A DNA stretch of 64,000 nt from a virus (taxonomy: Duplodnaviria > Caudoviricetes): positions 657 to 64,656 of the IMG/VR virus record IMGVR_UViG_3300036402_000307. The stretch is one strand, 5' to 3'. Below, piece by piece: positions 28,043-37,279 of this stretch. Both the position numbers and the translations under genes were made by a program. The notes under the pieces are model-generated. The model was not told the origin of the DNA. It worked only from the letters and a program-made list of their open reading frames with translations, and searched no databases. The first letter of the stretch is position 1; each line of letters starts with the position of its first letter.

Positions 28043-30402
28043 TGGATGAAAGCCTGGCCGGCAGGAGCGCGCTGCGGCGGCTCGGCGCCGGGCGTGATGA
28101 CCTGCGGCGCCGGGTTGCGGTGCTTGTGGATGTCCGCAGCGATGCCGCCTACCGCGAGGTCCTGCTGCGTCCTGAGCTTGAGGGTCGTGTCGGCCAAGCG
28201 CACCTTCATCTCCTCGAGGTGCTGGCGCTCCTGGCTGGACAGGTCGGCCATGCCAAGGCGGAAGTTGATGCCGGCGAGCACCTGCTTGAGCGACCGCTCG
28301 GCCTGGCCTTGGCTGGCTTCGTGGTCGATCCGCATCTTCTCGACTTGCGCCTTGCTCACCAGGGTGTCCTCGGCCACCTTCGTGCGGCCCTCCACCATGA
28401 TCTTGGCGGCCGTCACGCGGGGATCCTCCGGCGGCTGGCGGCTGGCCAGTTCCTGCTTCCTCTCCTCGGTGAGCTCCAGCGCCTTCGGGTCGAAGCGCAG
28501 CGACTTCAGGAACTCGCGCATGACCTGCTCGGGGTCCAGGTTGAAGGCGGGGTTCAGCGACAGGCCCACGATCTGCACCAGCTGCTGCGCCTGCAGATCG
28601 CGCTCCACCAGGGCGGAGGAGCCGCGGGCGTCGATCATGAAGTCGCCCTTGGCATCGTTGGGCCCGTAGATCAGCAGGAACTCGTAGTACCGGCCGATGT
28701 GCGGTTCCGTGATGCGGTCGTCGAAGTTGCGGGCGATGCGGCGCAGCACGGTGCTGCCGTTGTTGTTCATGATGTTGGCGATGCCGACCTTGTCGGTCTG
28801 GCTGGCCACACCCATCTGGCCTTGCAGCAGCATCGGCAGGCCAGTGACCTCCTCCGCCTCCCGCAGCCAGAACTGCAGGATGTTCATCAGCTCGGCCTGC
28901 CGGGTCTCGATGGAAACGATGAGAAACGCCTTGCGCGCGTCGTCCATCTCGGAATCGCCCTTGGTGAACCAGAGCTTGCGCGGCGAGACCTCCCACCGCC
29001 CGTTCGCCGGCACCAGCTTGTTGCGGTCGATGACGATCTGCGGCCCCGCCGATAACCCGGCGTTGTCCATCAGGTTGCGCACCGCGGCGTTGGCGCCCTT
29101 TTGGCACTCGCGCATCTGCCGGCCAACACCGACGCCGGCCCAGTGGTCGGTGCGGGCCTGCCACACCATCACGTCATACGGGAATTCCCCGGAGTCCAGC
29201 GCCGACAGCGTCACCTTGATGACGCGGTCGTTGACCATGGTGACCATGGCCGGGTACAGCTCCTTGCCCTCGCAAACACAGCCGGCGGCTTCCATCTCCG
29301 CCTTGGTGACCTGGCCGTGGAAGTACCAGATCTGGAACAGCTCCTTGTCGCTGGGACTGTCGCCGTTCCTGCGCTTCTTGGTGCCGTCCACTGCGCTGCA
29401 GGGGCCTTCCTCGAGCACCTGGTCGATCATCTCGGACAGGTAGCTGGGATCCTTCTTCAGGTCCCGCAGGCCGCGCCCGGTGATGTCGTCGCACTCGAAG
29501 GTGTAGGAGCCCTTCTGCACGTTGGTGCCGCAGTTGGGGTCGGGGTAGAAGTTCCAGTGGCTGATGAAGCGCGACTGCGGCTTCAATCTCTCCACCATCT
29601 CCACCGTCCAGCCCTGCGGCGTCTGCTTGGCGGCGCGCTTGCGCGTCAGCGACGGGACCGGGCCCTTCAGGATGCCGGTGCCGACCTTGGCGGAGCCCTC
29701 GATGACCTGCCGGACTTCGGCGTGGTACCGCGCTTCGGTCAGCCAGTCGTCGATCTCCTGCTGCGCGCGCTCCGCTGCCTGCTTGGCCTTGGCGATGACC
29801 GCATTGGCCTCGTCAAGCGGGGTTGCGGGTTGCGCTACTGGTGCTGCGCCCTGCCCCATCCCGAACATGCCGGCGATCTTGCCGGGCAAGGCGCGCAGGC
29901 CCTGTGGCGGCTGGGGAACGGCCGGGGCCGGCGGTTGAGCGGCAACTGCCTTGGCCTGCTCCTCCAGCATCGCGGTCAGTTCCGGCATCGGCGTCGGGCG
30001 CAGCGCGAAGTTGCGGTCGTCGGTGGGCAGCAGCATGTCCGACATCCGGGCCGCGGCGGCGTCCACATAGGGGCGCGTGATCTTCAGGAACACCGTGGAG
30101 CGCGTCGCGCTGGCCTGCCGCTCCTCACGCGGTCCACCCGTCAGCGACCTGCCCTTGACCGTTTTCGTGCTGGCCCGGTTGGCGTCGTCGATGCCCTCGT
30201 AGTGCTCCTCATCCTCCGACCAGATCTCCTCGATGCCGGACATGCGCCGGCCCTCGATGGCCGTCTTGCGCTTGTCCTTCACCTGCAGCGAGAAGGTCTC
30301 CACGATGGCCATGCGCTTGGCCTTCTGCTCCTGCGTCTCCGGCGCCGCGGGCACGGCTTCGCCCGCCCCTGGCTGCTGCGGGGCCTGGCTTTGCTGCTGC
30401 AT
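28039..30402 (-). CDS. Portal protein
   Basis: 787 aa after terminase; GTGILK, FYPDP, GVGRQM, EVTG motifs of podovirus portals. Confidence 0.85.
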   Translation of the reverse strand: MQQQSQAPQQPGAGEAVPAAPETQEQKAKRMAIVETFSLQVKDKRKTAIEGRRMSGIEEIWSEDEEHYEGIDDANRASTKTVKGRSLTGGPREERQASATRSTVFLKITRPYVDAAAARMSDMLLPTDDRNFALRPTPMPELTAMLEEQAKAVAAQPPAPAVPQPPQGLRALPGKIAGMFGMGQGAAPVAQPATPLDEANAVIAKAKQAAERAQQEIDDWLTEARYHAEVRQVIEGSAKVGTGILKGPVPSLTRKRAAKQTPQGWTVEMVERLKPQSRFISHWNFYPDPNCGTNVQKGSYTFECDDITGRGLRDLKKDPSYLSEMIDQVLEEGPCSAVDGTKKRRNGDSPSDKELFQIWYFHGQVTKAEMEAAGCVCEGKELYPAMVTMVNDRVIKVTLSALDSGEFPYDVMVWQARTDHWAGVGVGRQMRECQKGANAAVRNLMDNAGLSAGPQIVIDRNKLVPANGRWEVSPRKLWFTKGDSEMDDARKAFLIVSIETRQAELMNILQFWLREAEEVTGLPMLLQGQMGVASQTDKVGIANIMNNNGSTVLRRIARNFDDRITEPHIGRYYEFLLIYGPNDAKGDFMIDARGSSALVERDLQAQQLVQIVGLSLNPAFNLDPEQVMREFLKSLRFDPKALELTEERKQELASRQPPEDPRVTAAKIMVEGRTKVAEDTLVSKAQVEKMRIDHEASQGQAERSLKQVLAGINFRLGMADLSSQERQHLEEMKVRLADTTLKLRTQQDLAVGGIAADIHKHRNPAPQVITPGAEPPQRAPAGQAFIQ

Positions 30403-30404
30403 GG

Positions 30405-30665
30405 TCAGTTGTAGATGGCGGTGCAGTCCACCGTGCCGCTGATGGTGATCGTCAGGGTCCCGATGCACTTCACCGGCAGCGGGTACCAGTTCGGGCCCAC
30501 CGGCGTGAAGGTGTTGGCCAGCGTGCCCTTGCTGTCCTCCACCTTGATCGTGGGCGTGGCACTGGCCGAGGACACCCAGATCCCCAGCAGCGCGCCGGCA
30601 CCCACGACAGTGCCGGTTGCCGTGAGGTTCTTGCGCTTGGAGCCGACGTTGCAGACTTCTTGCAT
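30405..30665 (-). CDS. Small structural/hypothetical protein
   Basis: AAGGA RBS; between TerL and portal. Confidence 0.65.
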   Translation of the reverse strand: MQEVCNVGSKRKNLTATGTVVGAGALLGIWVSSASATPTIKVEDSKGTLANTFTPVGPNWYPLPVKCIGTLTITISGTVDCTAIYN

Positions 30666-30687
30666 GGGGTGTCCTTTCAGTAGCGGG

Positions 30688-32157
30688 TTAGTACCCGGCT
30701 TCGGAATCGAGCGTGCCGAATTCGACGACCTTGGTCTGCTCCGGCTTGGGCCGCACCTTCGCGTGGCGCAGCATCATGTAGGCGTAGCGACTGGCGCTGA
30801 TCGTGTCGTCCGATTCCTTGACGATCTTTCCCTCGTCGCGGTGATACAGGCGCCGCTCCTCGAGCCACTCCTCGCAGTTGCTGAACACCTTCCAGCGGCC
30901 GGTCTGCATGCGCTCGAGCATCTCCTGGACTGGAGCCTCGACACCGTTACCGCCGGAGCCTTCCTTCTCGCCCTTGGCGGGCGGGTTGGTGGCCTTGTCG
31001 GCCAGCAGCTTCAGTTTGTGCTTGCGGTACTGCTTGGCCAGATCCTCGCCGCTGCCCTTGTCGTGCTGCAGGCCGTCGTGCGGCCAGGCCCACGGCAGCC
31101 AGGCGCCCCAGGGCTGCAATGCAGCGGCGTGGATCAGCGGCACCGCCTCGGCCTTGCGGTAGCACTTGGTCACGTACACGATGTCGGCGTCGCGGTCCCA
31201 GGACAGCGCGGCCGCCGCAGTCGGGTGGTCCCAGCCGAAGTCCAGACCGCCGATCTGCGGCCAGAACGCGGGGATGGCGAAGGGCTTGCACACGATGTCG
31301 TCATCCGACACCGGAAAGATCAGGCCCGAACCCATGGTCGGGATGCCCCTGGCCCGGGCGTCGCGCTCGTGCGCCGGGTAGCCGGCGATGATCGCCTTGC
31401 GCTGGGCGTCCGTGTAGTGGCCGGCGTCGTAGATCGTCATCGTGGTGACGTGCGTGCCGGGAGCCCTCTCCAGCAGGAATCGCCGCACCACCTCGCTCAT
31501 GCCTTTCAGGGGCGTGAAGGTGACCCACACGATGCCGTCCGTGGCGTTGGTGCGGGTCTTCCCTTCCGTGTAGATGTCCTCGGGCGGCTCCTCGTCGAAC
31601 CACACCCAGTCCAGCGTCTCGCCCTGCCAGCGCGCTCGGCCCTGGTCGTAGGTCTTGAAGGTCACCCGGCTGACACCGCCGGAGATGTGCCGCACCAGCA
31701 CGGTTTCCACCGCATCGGTCACGCCGTGCGCGGCCCGCTTGATCTCCAGGATGTCCTCGGCCGGGATGGCGCCCGTTCCCCATGCACCCACCGGGCCCAG
31801 CAGCAACCGCTGCACGGTGTCGCGCGTACCCTGGCTGGTTTCCGATGCCGCCCAGCCGGTCGTGGGATGGTCGAATACCGCGCCCTTCCAGCCTTCGGGA
31901 TAGCGGCCCGTCAGGTGCATGGCGGCCTCGAAGCTGCCGGCCCAGGTCTTTCCGAGCTGGTTGCCAGCGATCAGCAGGCGCTCGCGGATGGCCGGGATAG
32001 CGCCGGCCATGTGGAACGTGAGCTGCTTTGGGTACGGCAGGTAATCGGCCAGCTTGAACCTGGCCAGTTCCGCCTGCGCCTCCTTCAACAGCGCCTTCTG
32101 TTCCTCCGGGGAGAGCTTGTCGACCCAGTCCAGGGCGTCGGCCTTCTTCTCAACCAC
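30688..32157 (-). CDS. terL: Terminase large subunit
   Basis: AGNQLGKT Walker A, WFDEEP Walker B, TFTP, GLDFGWDHP and DDTISASRY nuclease motifs. Confidence 0.95.
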   Translation of the reverse strand: MVEKKADALDWVDKLSPEEQKALLKEAQAELARFKLADYLPYPKQLTFHMAGAIPAIRERLLIAGNQLGKTWAGSFEAAMHLTGRYPEGWKGAVFDHPTTGWAASETSQGTRDTVQRLLLGPVGAWGTGAIPAEDILEIKRAAHGVTDAVETVLVRHISGGVSRVTFKTYDQGRARWQGETLDWVWFDEEPPEDIYTEGKTRTNATDGIVWVTFTPLKGMSEVVRRFLLERAPGTHVTTMTIYDAGHYTDAQRKAIIAGYPAHERDARARGIPTMGSGLIFPVSDDDIVCKPFAIPAFWPQIGGLDFGWDHPTAAAALSWDRDADIVYVTKCYRKAEAVPLIHAAALQPWGAWLPWAWPHDGLQHDKGSGEDLAKQYRKHKLKLLADKATNPPAKGEKEGSGGNGVEAPVQEMLERMQTGRWKVFSNCEEWLEERRLYHRDEGKIVKESDDTISASRYAYMMLRHAKVRPKPEQTKVVEFGTLDSEAGY

Positions 32158-32824
32158 CGGCCAGCCTCGCCACGATGGCCTTGAGCTTGTCGCGCGGCAC
32201 GTCGCCCAGCAGCGTGCGCTGCGTGTTGTCCGCCTTGAACAGGCCCAGGTGCTTCATCGCCTGTTCGCGGGCGCTGGTCTTGTCGTGCCACTTCACCTTC
32301 GCGGTGCGGCTCGCAAGCACCTTGGCGCCGCGCTGCCGCTTCAGCTCACCGCCGTGCGCCTGCCGTTCCAGCTCGGTCTCCAACGGCGCCGTGGCGTAGT
32401 CCTCGGTCACCTCGAGGCCAGCCAGTGCCATCGCGGTGTCGTCGTCCATCTCGTGAACATCCTTCAGACTGCCATCCGCCCGGTACAACTTGCGCGGGTC
32501 GAAGAACACCGCCTGGGCCAGACTCCGAAGCACGGCCTCGGTCGTCAGCTCCAGTTTCGATAGCAGCGCGTCCCGCCGTTCCTTGATTGCGGCCTGGACC
32601 TTAACGTCCTTCAACAGGCGGGACGCTTGCGATGCCGCTGTGTGGGCGCTGAAGCCCGCGGTGATCGCAGCATCCGTGCCGTTCTCTCCGTTAACAAGGA
32701 AAGCCTCCACGAACAGGCGCTTGCGGGTGTCGGCGGCTTCCTTGCTGGTGCCAGGCTTGTTGCGGCGCACCACCTTCTTGACAGCTGCCGGCCTCTTCTT
32801 GGGTGCAGCCTTGCGGGTGGCCAT
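32150..32824 (-). CDS. terS: Terminase small subunit
   Basis: FVEAFL..NGTDAAITAGFS..ASQASRLLK, KHLGLF. Confidence 0.9.
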   Translation of the reverse strand: MATRKAAPKKRPAAVKKVVRRNKPGTSKEAADTRKRLFVEAFLVNGENGTDAAITAGFSAHTAASQASRLLKDVKVQAAIKERRDALLSKLELTTEAVLRSLAQAVFFDPRKLYRADGSLKDVHEMDDDTAMALAGLEVTEDYATAPLETELERQAHGGELKRQRGAKVLASRTAKVKWHDKTSAREQAMKHLGLFKADNTQRTLLGDVPRDKLKAIVARLAGG

Positions 32825-33102
32825 CACACGTCCTGCGGTGCCTCGGCAGGGAAGCGCCAGTCGATCTTGTGGCTGACGTAACCGACTTCATCGCACTTCG
32901 TGTGCACTGTGCCGTAGGTTGGCACGATCAGGCCGCCTTCCGGGGTGTCCCAGCCTGCGCCCTCAATGACGACGTTCAGACATCCGCGCACGCCAGGCGC
33001 CACCTCTACGCGCAGCACCTCGACGCCGGCAGGCAGCTGCAGCAGGTCGCGGACCGCTTCTGCGGTCACCCGCAGGATGGCCATCTTCTTCACAGCAGCC
33101 AT
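32824..33102 (-). CDS. Hypothetical protein
   Basis: ORF coupled to terS. Confidence 0.55.
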   Translation of the reverse strand: MAAVKKMAILRVTAEAVRDLLQLPAGVEVLRVEVAPGVRGCLNVVIEGAGWDTPEGGLIVPTYGTVHTKCDEVGYVSHKIDWRFPAEAPQDV

Positions 33103-33104
33103 GT

Positions 33105-33386
33105 TCAGTACCTTCCACCCATGTCCCCGGGAATCCCGGAGCCGCCCATCTCGGCCCCCTGGAAGCCGCCGCGAAAGGCTTGCTCCACGCTCATGCCGCC
33201 GTCGTCGCCGGTCAGGGCCTGCTGGACCAACGCGAGGGCTTCCTCCAGGGTTTTGGCGGGCTTGCCGTCCACGCTGAAGGTTCCGTCGGGATTCTTGGTC
33301 ACAGTAACGGTGTCGCCGCCGGCGGGGTCGGCCGGGTCCTGTGCGGGCTGCTGCTGGGACTGGCTGTTGGGGGTGATCTGGTCCAT
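33105..33386 (-). CDS. Hypothetical protein, first late ORF
   Basis: AAAGG RBS; high GC3. Confidence 0.6.
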   Translation of the reverse strand: MDQITPNSQSQQQPAQDPADPAGGDTVTVTKNPDGTFSVDGKPAKTLEEALALVQQALTGDDGGMSVEQAFRGGFQGAEMGGSGIPGDMGGRY

Positions 33387-33584
33387 GGGGCTGGCCTTTC
33401 GTGTTCGGGGTTGCACCCATCGGGGCGAAGCCTGGGTTGACCCCCAGGTCGCACTGGTTACCGGCAAGCCGGCTGGAATGCACCGTTGGCTGCACTGCCT
33501 GATTCCGACCTGCACGGATCGGTGAAATGCCGGGCACGCGGGGTGGAACCGCTACCCGCCCCAGTCAGGCTCAGGGGGCTGTCG

Positions 33585-33616
33585 AAAGAAAGAAGCGCCC
33601 GGGGTGAACCGGGCGC
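33585..33616 (-). terminator. Intrinsic terminator in late leader
   Basis: GCGCCCGG-TTCACC-CCGGGCGC followed by TTCTTTCTTT. Confidence 0.7.
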
Positions 33617-33744
33617 CAAGCTCGTTCCGGTGGAGGAGCGAGGAGACAAGGAGCTGGGCGCACGCCCTGGGTCGAGGTGGCGCCCGGTGCTGCGCGAGCG
33701 GTGGGGCCTATGACGTCAGGGGCGGGCGGCGCCCAAGCGGGGGA

Positions 33745-33837
33745 TGCTGGTGGCGGAAATCGAACCCGCGACCTCCCAGCCGGTCAGCCACACCGGGCTC
33801 ACCGGTTGGGTGCTCTGCCGGACTGAGCTACACCAGC
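33745..33837 (-). ncRNA. tRNA-like RNA with extended anticodon arm
   Basis: Acceptor GCTGGTG/CACCAGC, D arm GCTC/GAGC, T arm GCGGG-TTCGATT-TCCGC; anticodon arm 36 nt instead of 17; no encoded CCA. Confidence 0.75.
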
Positions 33838-33846
33838 GGAAATGAG

Positions 33847-33871
33847 AAAAGCCCGCGCTGGGCGGGCTTTT
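33847..33871. terminator. tR'-like bidirectional terminator
   Basis: AAAAGCCCGC-loop-GCGGGCTTTT downstream of the late promoter. Confidence 0.8.
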
Positions 33872-33932
33872 GGGTTCTCGCGAATTACGCGGGTGGCTGC
33901 TTTCTACCACCACGCCGCAACGCGACGGGCGA

Positions 33933-33961
33933 ATAGTAGAGCCACCAGGTGCTCGACGCAA
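33933..33961 (-). promoter_or_regulatory. Late promoter (pR'-like), sigma70
   Basis: TTGCGT-17nt-TACTAT just downstream of the Q-like gene. Confidence 0.7.
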
Positions 33962-33980
33962 GCCTTTTCTGACCGATGCG

Positions 33981-34385
33981 TCACCCGATCACCCCGTCGC
34001 GCCGCAACTCCAGCAACAGCATGTTCCTGGCCTCCAAGATCAGCACCTGCCGCTCCTCATAGTTTTGCGGCAGCATGGGCGAGGTCCACACCGCCCGGCC
34101 GCTGTGCAGGTTCATCGCCTCGAACTCCAAGGCCGTCTTCCAGCGCCTGGGTGCATTCGGGATTCGGTCGATGACCTCGTCGACCTGCTTGACCTGCATC
34201 TCGTCGGCCTTCGCCGCCGCCGCGCCGTTCCACCAGTCCCAGTGGCCCGGGGCGCGGTGGTCGCGGCAAGTGCTGTCGGAGCTGCTGTACCCCTTCGTGA
34301 GGCGGTAGGTCCGGCGCCAGGAATACCATTCGGCCAACAGCCGATCGAGCTTGAAGTCGAGGTCTTCGGTGATCACGATAGCCAT
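33981..34385 (-). CDS. Late antitermination protein Q-like
   Basis: LDRLLAEW..W..VDEVIDRI; position before pR'/tR'. Confidence 0.6.
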   Translation of the reverse strand: MAIVITEDLDFKLDRLLAEWYSWRRTYRLTKGYSSSDSTCRDHRAPGHWDWWNGAAAAKADEMQVKQVDEVIDRIPNAPRRWKTALEFEAMNLHSGRAVWTSPMLPQNYEERQVLILEARNMLLLELRRDGVIG

Positions 34386-34493
34386 CCAATCTTGTGCGAC
34401 TGCTCCCATGGCGTGCTCCACTTCATGCTGAATTTCATCGTGTAGAAATCCCGGGACGTCGGGCCCCGGGATTGGGGCGCCGGTGTTGCCGGC

Positions 34494-34841
34494 CTACTGC
34501 AGCGGCCCGCCGCTCGCGCTCACCAGCCGGGGCGTTCCCGCCTCGATCCGCGACGGCGGCTCCTGCGGCGGGGTCTGCATCCCGGCGATCTGCGCCTGCA
34601 GGTGATAGTCCTGCCGCGCCAGCATCACCAGCGCGTTCAGGTTGGCGCCGATCCAGCGGGCGAAGTGGATCGCCGGGTTGCCCGGGTCTTCCGGGGTGGT
34701 GACGTCCAGGGTGATGCCCTGGTTCTCGAAACGCAGGTCGAGGCGGGCGTGGGGCTCGCCGCGTTCCGGCGCCGGCTGCGGCTCGGCTTGGTCATGGCCC
34801 TCGTAGGTTCGGTTGTCGTTGTCCTGGATGTCGTTGCTCAA
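34494..34841 (-). CDS. Hypothetical protein
   Basis: ORF, GGAG RBS, TTG start. Confidence 0.6.
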   Translation of the reverse strand: MSNDIQDNDNRTYEGHDQAEPQPAPERGEPHARLDLRFENQGITLDVTTPEDPGNPAIHFARWIGANLNALVMLARQDYHLQAQIAGMQTPPQEPPSRIEAGTPRLVSASGGPLQ

Positions 34842-34875
34842 TTGGTCTCTCCGGTAGTTGCGGGGTGCGGGTGGC

Positions 34876-35193
34876 TCAGGCCTCGAGCCGACGCAACAGG
34901 TCCTGCGCGCGCTCGCCGACGTTGTTGGTGCGGCGCACGAAGTCGTGCACCTGGCCGCCGTAGTGCGTCGAGGGGCCGACGGCCGTCAGCTGGTTTCCAG
35001 CGGCAACCGGCTCGGGCGCCGGCGGGCGCAGCACGCCGGACAGGCGCGCCCCGAGCTCACTGAGGGATTCCTCGGCAAAGCACAGTGCCTTCTCCAGCCG
35101 GTTCACCTGCTCTGCGAGCTCGGGCTGGCGGGGGGCCTCGGCCGCTCCATAGCTGGGTGCCGTGGCCTGCTTTGCTGCATCGTTTCCATACAT
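34876..35193 (-). CDS. Hypothetical coiled-coil protein
   Basis: GGAG RBS before ATG. Confidence 0.6.
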   Translation of the reverse strand: MYGNDAAKQATAPSYGAAEAPRQPELAEQVNRLEKALCFAEESLSELGARLSGVLRPPAPEPVAAGNQLTAVGPSTHYGGQVHDFVRRTNNVGERAQDLLRRLEA

Positions 35194-35242
35194 ACCGTTC
35201 TCCAGTTTCCCGGCTGTCGATGCCCCGCCGGGTGCGGGCGTA

Positions 35243-35527
35243 CTAATAGCGTTGATAGATCCCGCAGCTGGCGCACAAGTGGCCGTCCGGGGTGAGATAG
35301 AAAAGCTCGTTGCCACACCTGCACTCGCGCACCTGTTGGCCCACGGACGGATAGAACTCGAACTTCCAGTGGCCGGCGTGCCGATGGCAGCTGGGACATT
35401 CGAAGGCGTCGGTGCCGGTGGGTGCGACAGCGGCCCACGTGTGCTTGCACGCCACGCAGAAGGCCTCGCCAGCGCCGTGCTGTTCGCGCTTCTCGTCAGC
35501 CGGGAACTCGTAGATACGGCCGGTCAT
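35243..35527 (-). CDS. Small zinc-finger protein
   Basis: CxxC/CxC pairs (CVAC, CPSC, CRC, CASC). Confidence 0.65.
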   Translation of the reverse strand: MTGRIYEFPADEKREQHGAGEAFCVACKHTWAAVAPTGTDAFECPSCHRHAGHWKFEFYPSVGQQVRECRCGNELFYLTPDGHLCASCGIYQRY

Positions 35528-36327
35528 GGTGCGTCGCTCCCGCAATCCACCTCGACGAACTTCGGCGCGGCGAAGTAGGTGTTGAACGGGTTGCCCCACT
35601 CCGGCCGGTAGCCCGCCGGGTTGCACACCACTCGGGTGCGGCCGATCGCCGTGTCAATGGTGTCGTGGGTGTGACCGTGAATCCAGAGCGCTGGCGCGCG
35701 CTCGCCGTGCATCAGGTCATCGCAGTTGGAAGCGAAGCCGCCGTTGCAGGCGATGTCGAACCTCGGGTGGCACAGCTTGAACGATGGCAGGTGGTGGCTC
35801 ACGACGACTGTAGGGCCTTCGGTACAGCGAAGCGCGCACGCGAGCGCGTAACGCTGACTTCGGTTCAGCGCCTGCATGTAGGCCACGGTGAAGGGCTCGC
35901 CCAAGCGCTGGATGTGGCGGAAGTCGCGCATCACCTCCAGGACTCGGCTGCGCTGGCTGGCCGATGCGCCGCCGCTGGCCCACAGCGTGCACGCCACGAA
36001 GGTGACGCCAAGCACCTGCACTGTTGCCACGTAGCCGGCCGCCACGGTGGTGCGCTGAAATTTGCCTTCCTGGAGCATGCGATTGCAATCGTCCATGTCG
36101 TGGCCGAAATACTCGTGGTTTCCGGGCACGAAGACGACGTGGCGGAAACGAGCCTCGACGTGGGCCAGGAAGCCAGCAAGCTGCGGGACGTTGGAGCTGA
36201 TGTCCCCGGCCAGCACCAGCACCGACTCGCTGTCGCGGCCGTCCGCCGACAGGAAGTGATCGGCCAGTTCGGCAACAGCGCCCTTGAAGAACTCCAGATG
36301 CAAGTCGGAGGCGACGCGGATCAGCAT
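35524..36327 (-). CDS. Calcineurin-like metallophosphoesterase
   Basis: SDLH, AGD, GNHE, SHH, HGHTH, NPAGY. Confidence 0.9.
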   Translation of the reverse strand: MLIRVASDLHLEFFKGAVAELADHFLSADGRDSESVLVLAGDISSNVPQLAGFLAHVEARFRHVVFVPGNHEYFGHDMDDCNRMLQEGKFQRTTVAAGYVATVQVLGVTFVACTLWASGGASASQRSRVLEVMRDFRHIQRLGEPFTVAYMQALNRSQRYALACALRCTEGPTVVVSHHLPSFKLCHPRFDIACNGGFASNCDDLMHGERAPALWIHGHTHDTIDTAIGRTRVVCNPAGYRPEWGNPFNTYFAAPKFVEVDCGSDAP

Positions 36328-36332
36328 GGTGC

Positions 36333-36602
36333 TTAACTCCCGTCCTCGTGCTCTGGCAGAGGCTTAAGAGCGGCCTCGCATTTCGAACAGATGTAGGCGT
36401 CTGGTTGTGCGATCGCATCGCAGTGGTCGCACAAGATCCGCCCGTTTCGCTCCGCCCGTGCTTGCCGATGGGCCGCGCGGTAGAGGCTCTGCGCCGTCAC
36501 CCGCATGAATGGGAACGGTGTCCGGCCCCACAAAATGTGCTGGCACCAACCCTCGTCTGCGTCAGGCTTCGCGGCGCGGCAGATTTCGACGACATCACTC
36601 AT
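36333..36602 (-). CDS. Small zinc-finger protein
   Basis: CDHC..CSKC. Confidence 0.55.
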   Translation of the reverse strand: MSDVVEICRAAKPDADEGWCQHILWGRTPFPFMRVTAQSLYRAAHRQARAERNGRILCDHCDAIAQPDAYICSKCEAALKPLPEHEDGS

Positions 36603-37096
36603 GGTGCGTAACTCCTATCAGGCTCTTCCACCAGCATCGGCAGCCGCGCCGGCCACGTTCCCGCCGCTTTCACCGCGGCGCGCGTGCGCTGGCCCAGGTC
36701 CAGTTCTTCGATCCGGCGCCGATCTTTCGGCATGCGCCCGCCTCCCTTGTGTCCACCGAGCAAGGCGTGGCAGTCGTCACAGCCGGGCCAGCCCTCGCGG
36801 CAATCGGTCTTGCTCGCACCACCCTTGCCCATGTCCCGGTGGCAGAACTGCGGGCGACAGGGGATGCGGCACCGCATGCAGTAGCCCAGGTCGCGCACGA
36901 CGGCCATGTAGCCGAGGTGCTGCAGCGGGTTCTCCTTCGTGATCGGCGCGCCGCTGGTGCTCCCTGAGTAGGTTCCGCGCACCAGGGAGCGCGAGGGGGA
37001 AAGAGCCATCGGGCGAGGCTCGCGCGTGACGGTGGGGCCTTCCGGACGGACGCGGCGCTTGAACGGCACGCGCTTCAACGGTGCACCGCGCTTCAT
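36599..37096 (-). CDS. HNH-like (NinG/DUF968-type) nuclease candidate
   Basis: CMRC..FCH..GCDDCH. Confidence 0.55.
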   Translation of the reverse strand: MKRGAPLKRVPFKRRVRPEGPTVTREPRPMALSPSRSLVRGTYSGSTSGAPITKENPLQHLGYMAVVRDLGYCMRCRIPCRPQFCHRDMGKGGASKTDCREGWPGCDDCHALLGGHKGGGRMPKDRRRIEELDLGQRTRAAVKAAGTWPARLPMLVEEPDRSYAP

Positions 37097-37272
37097 CCCT
37101 GCTCCCCTTCCCCGCCATCCGCCTTGCTGCGGTCCTTCTCGCCTGCTCGCGGGCCGCGCGTCGGAGTGCGGGTTGCTTTGATGACCTCGATGGCCTCGGC
37201 CAGCAACGCAGGACCGACCTGCTTGCCATTGAGCTGCATGGTGCGGATCACGATGGCTTGCTCGTAGTTCAT
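37093..37272 (-). CDS. Small hypothetical protein
   Basis: MNYEQAIVIRTMQL..., GAGG RBS, stop overlaps next start. Confidence 0.45.
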   Translation of the reverse strand: MNYEQAIVIRTMQLNGKQVGPALLAEAIEVIKATRTPTRGPRAGEKDRSKADGGEGEQG

Positions 37273-37279
37273 GCCGGCC

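Noticed and set aside
33765-33812. Canonical intron in the tRNA-like RNA
   Set aside because: Removing 19 nt at position 37/38 gives no U33 and leaves an A-C mismatch; no self-splicing intron features.
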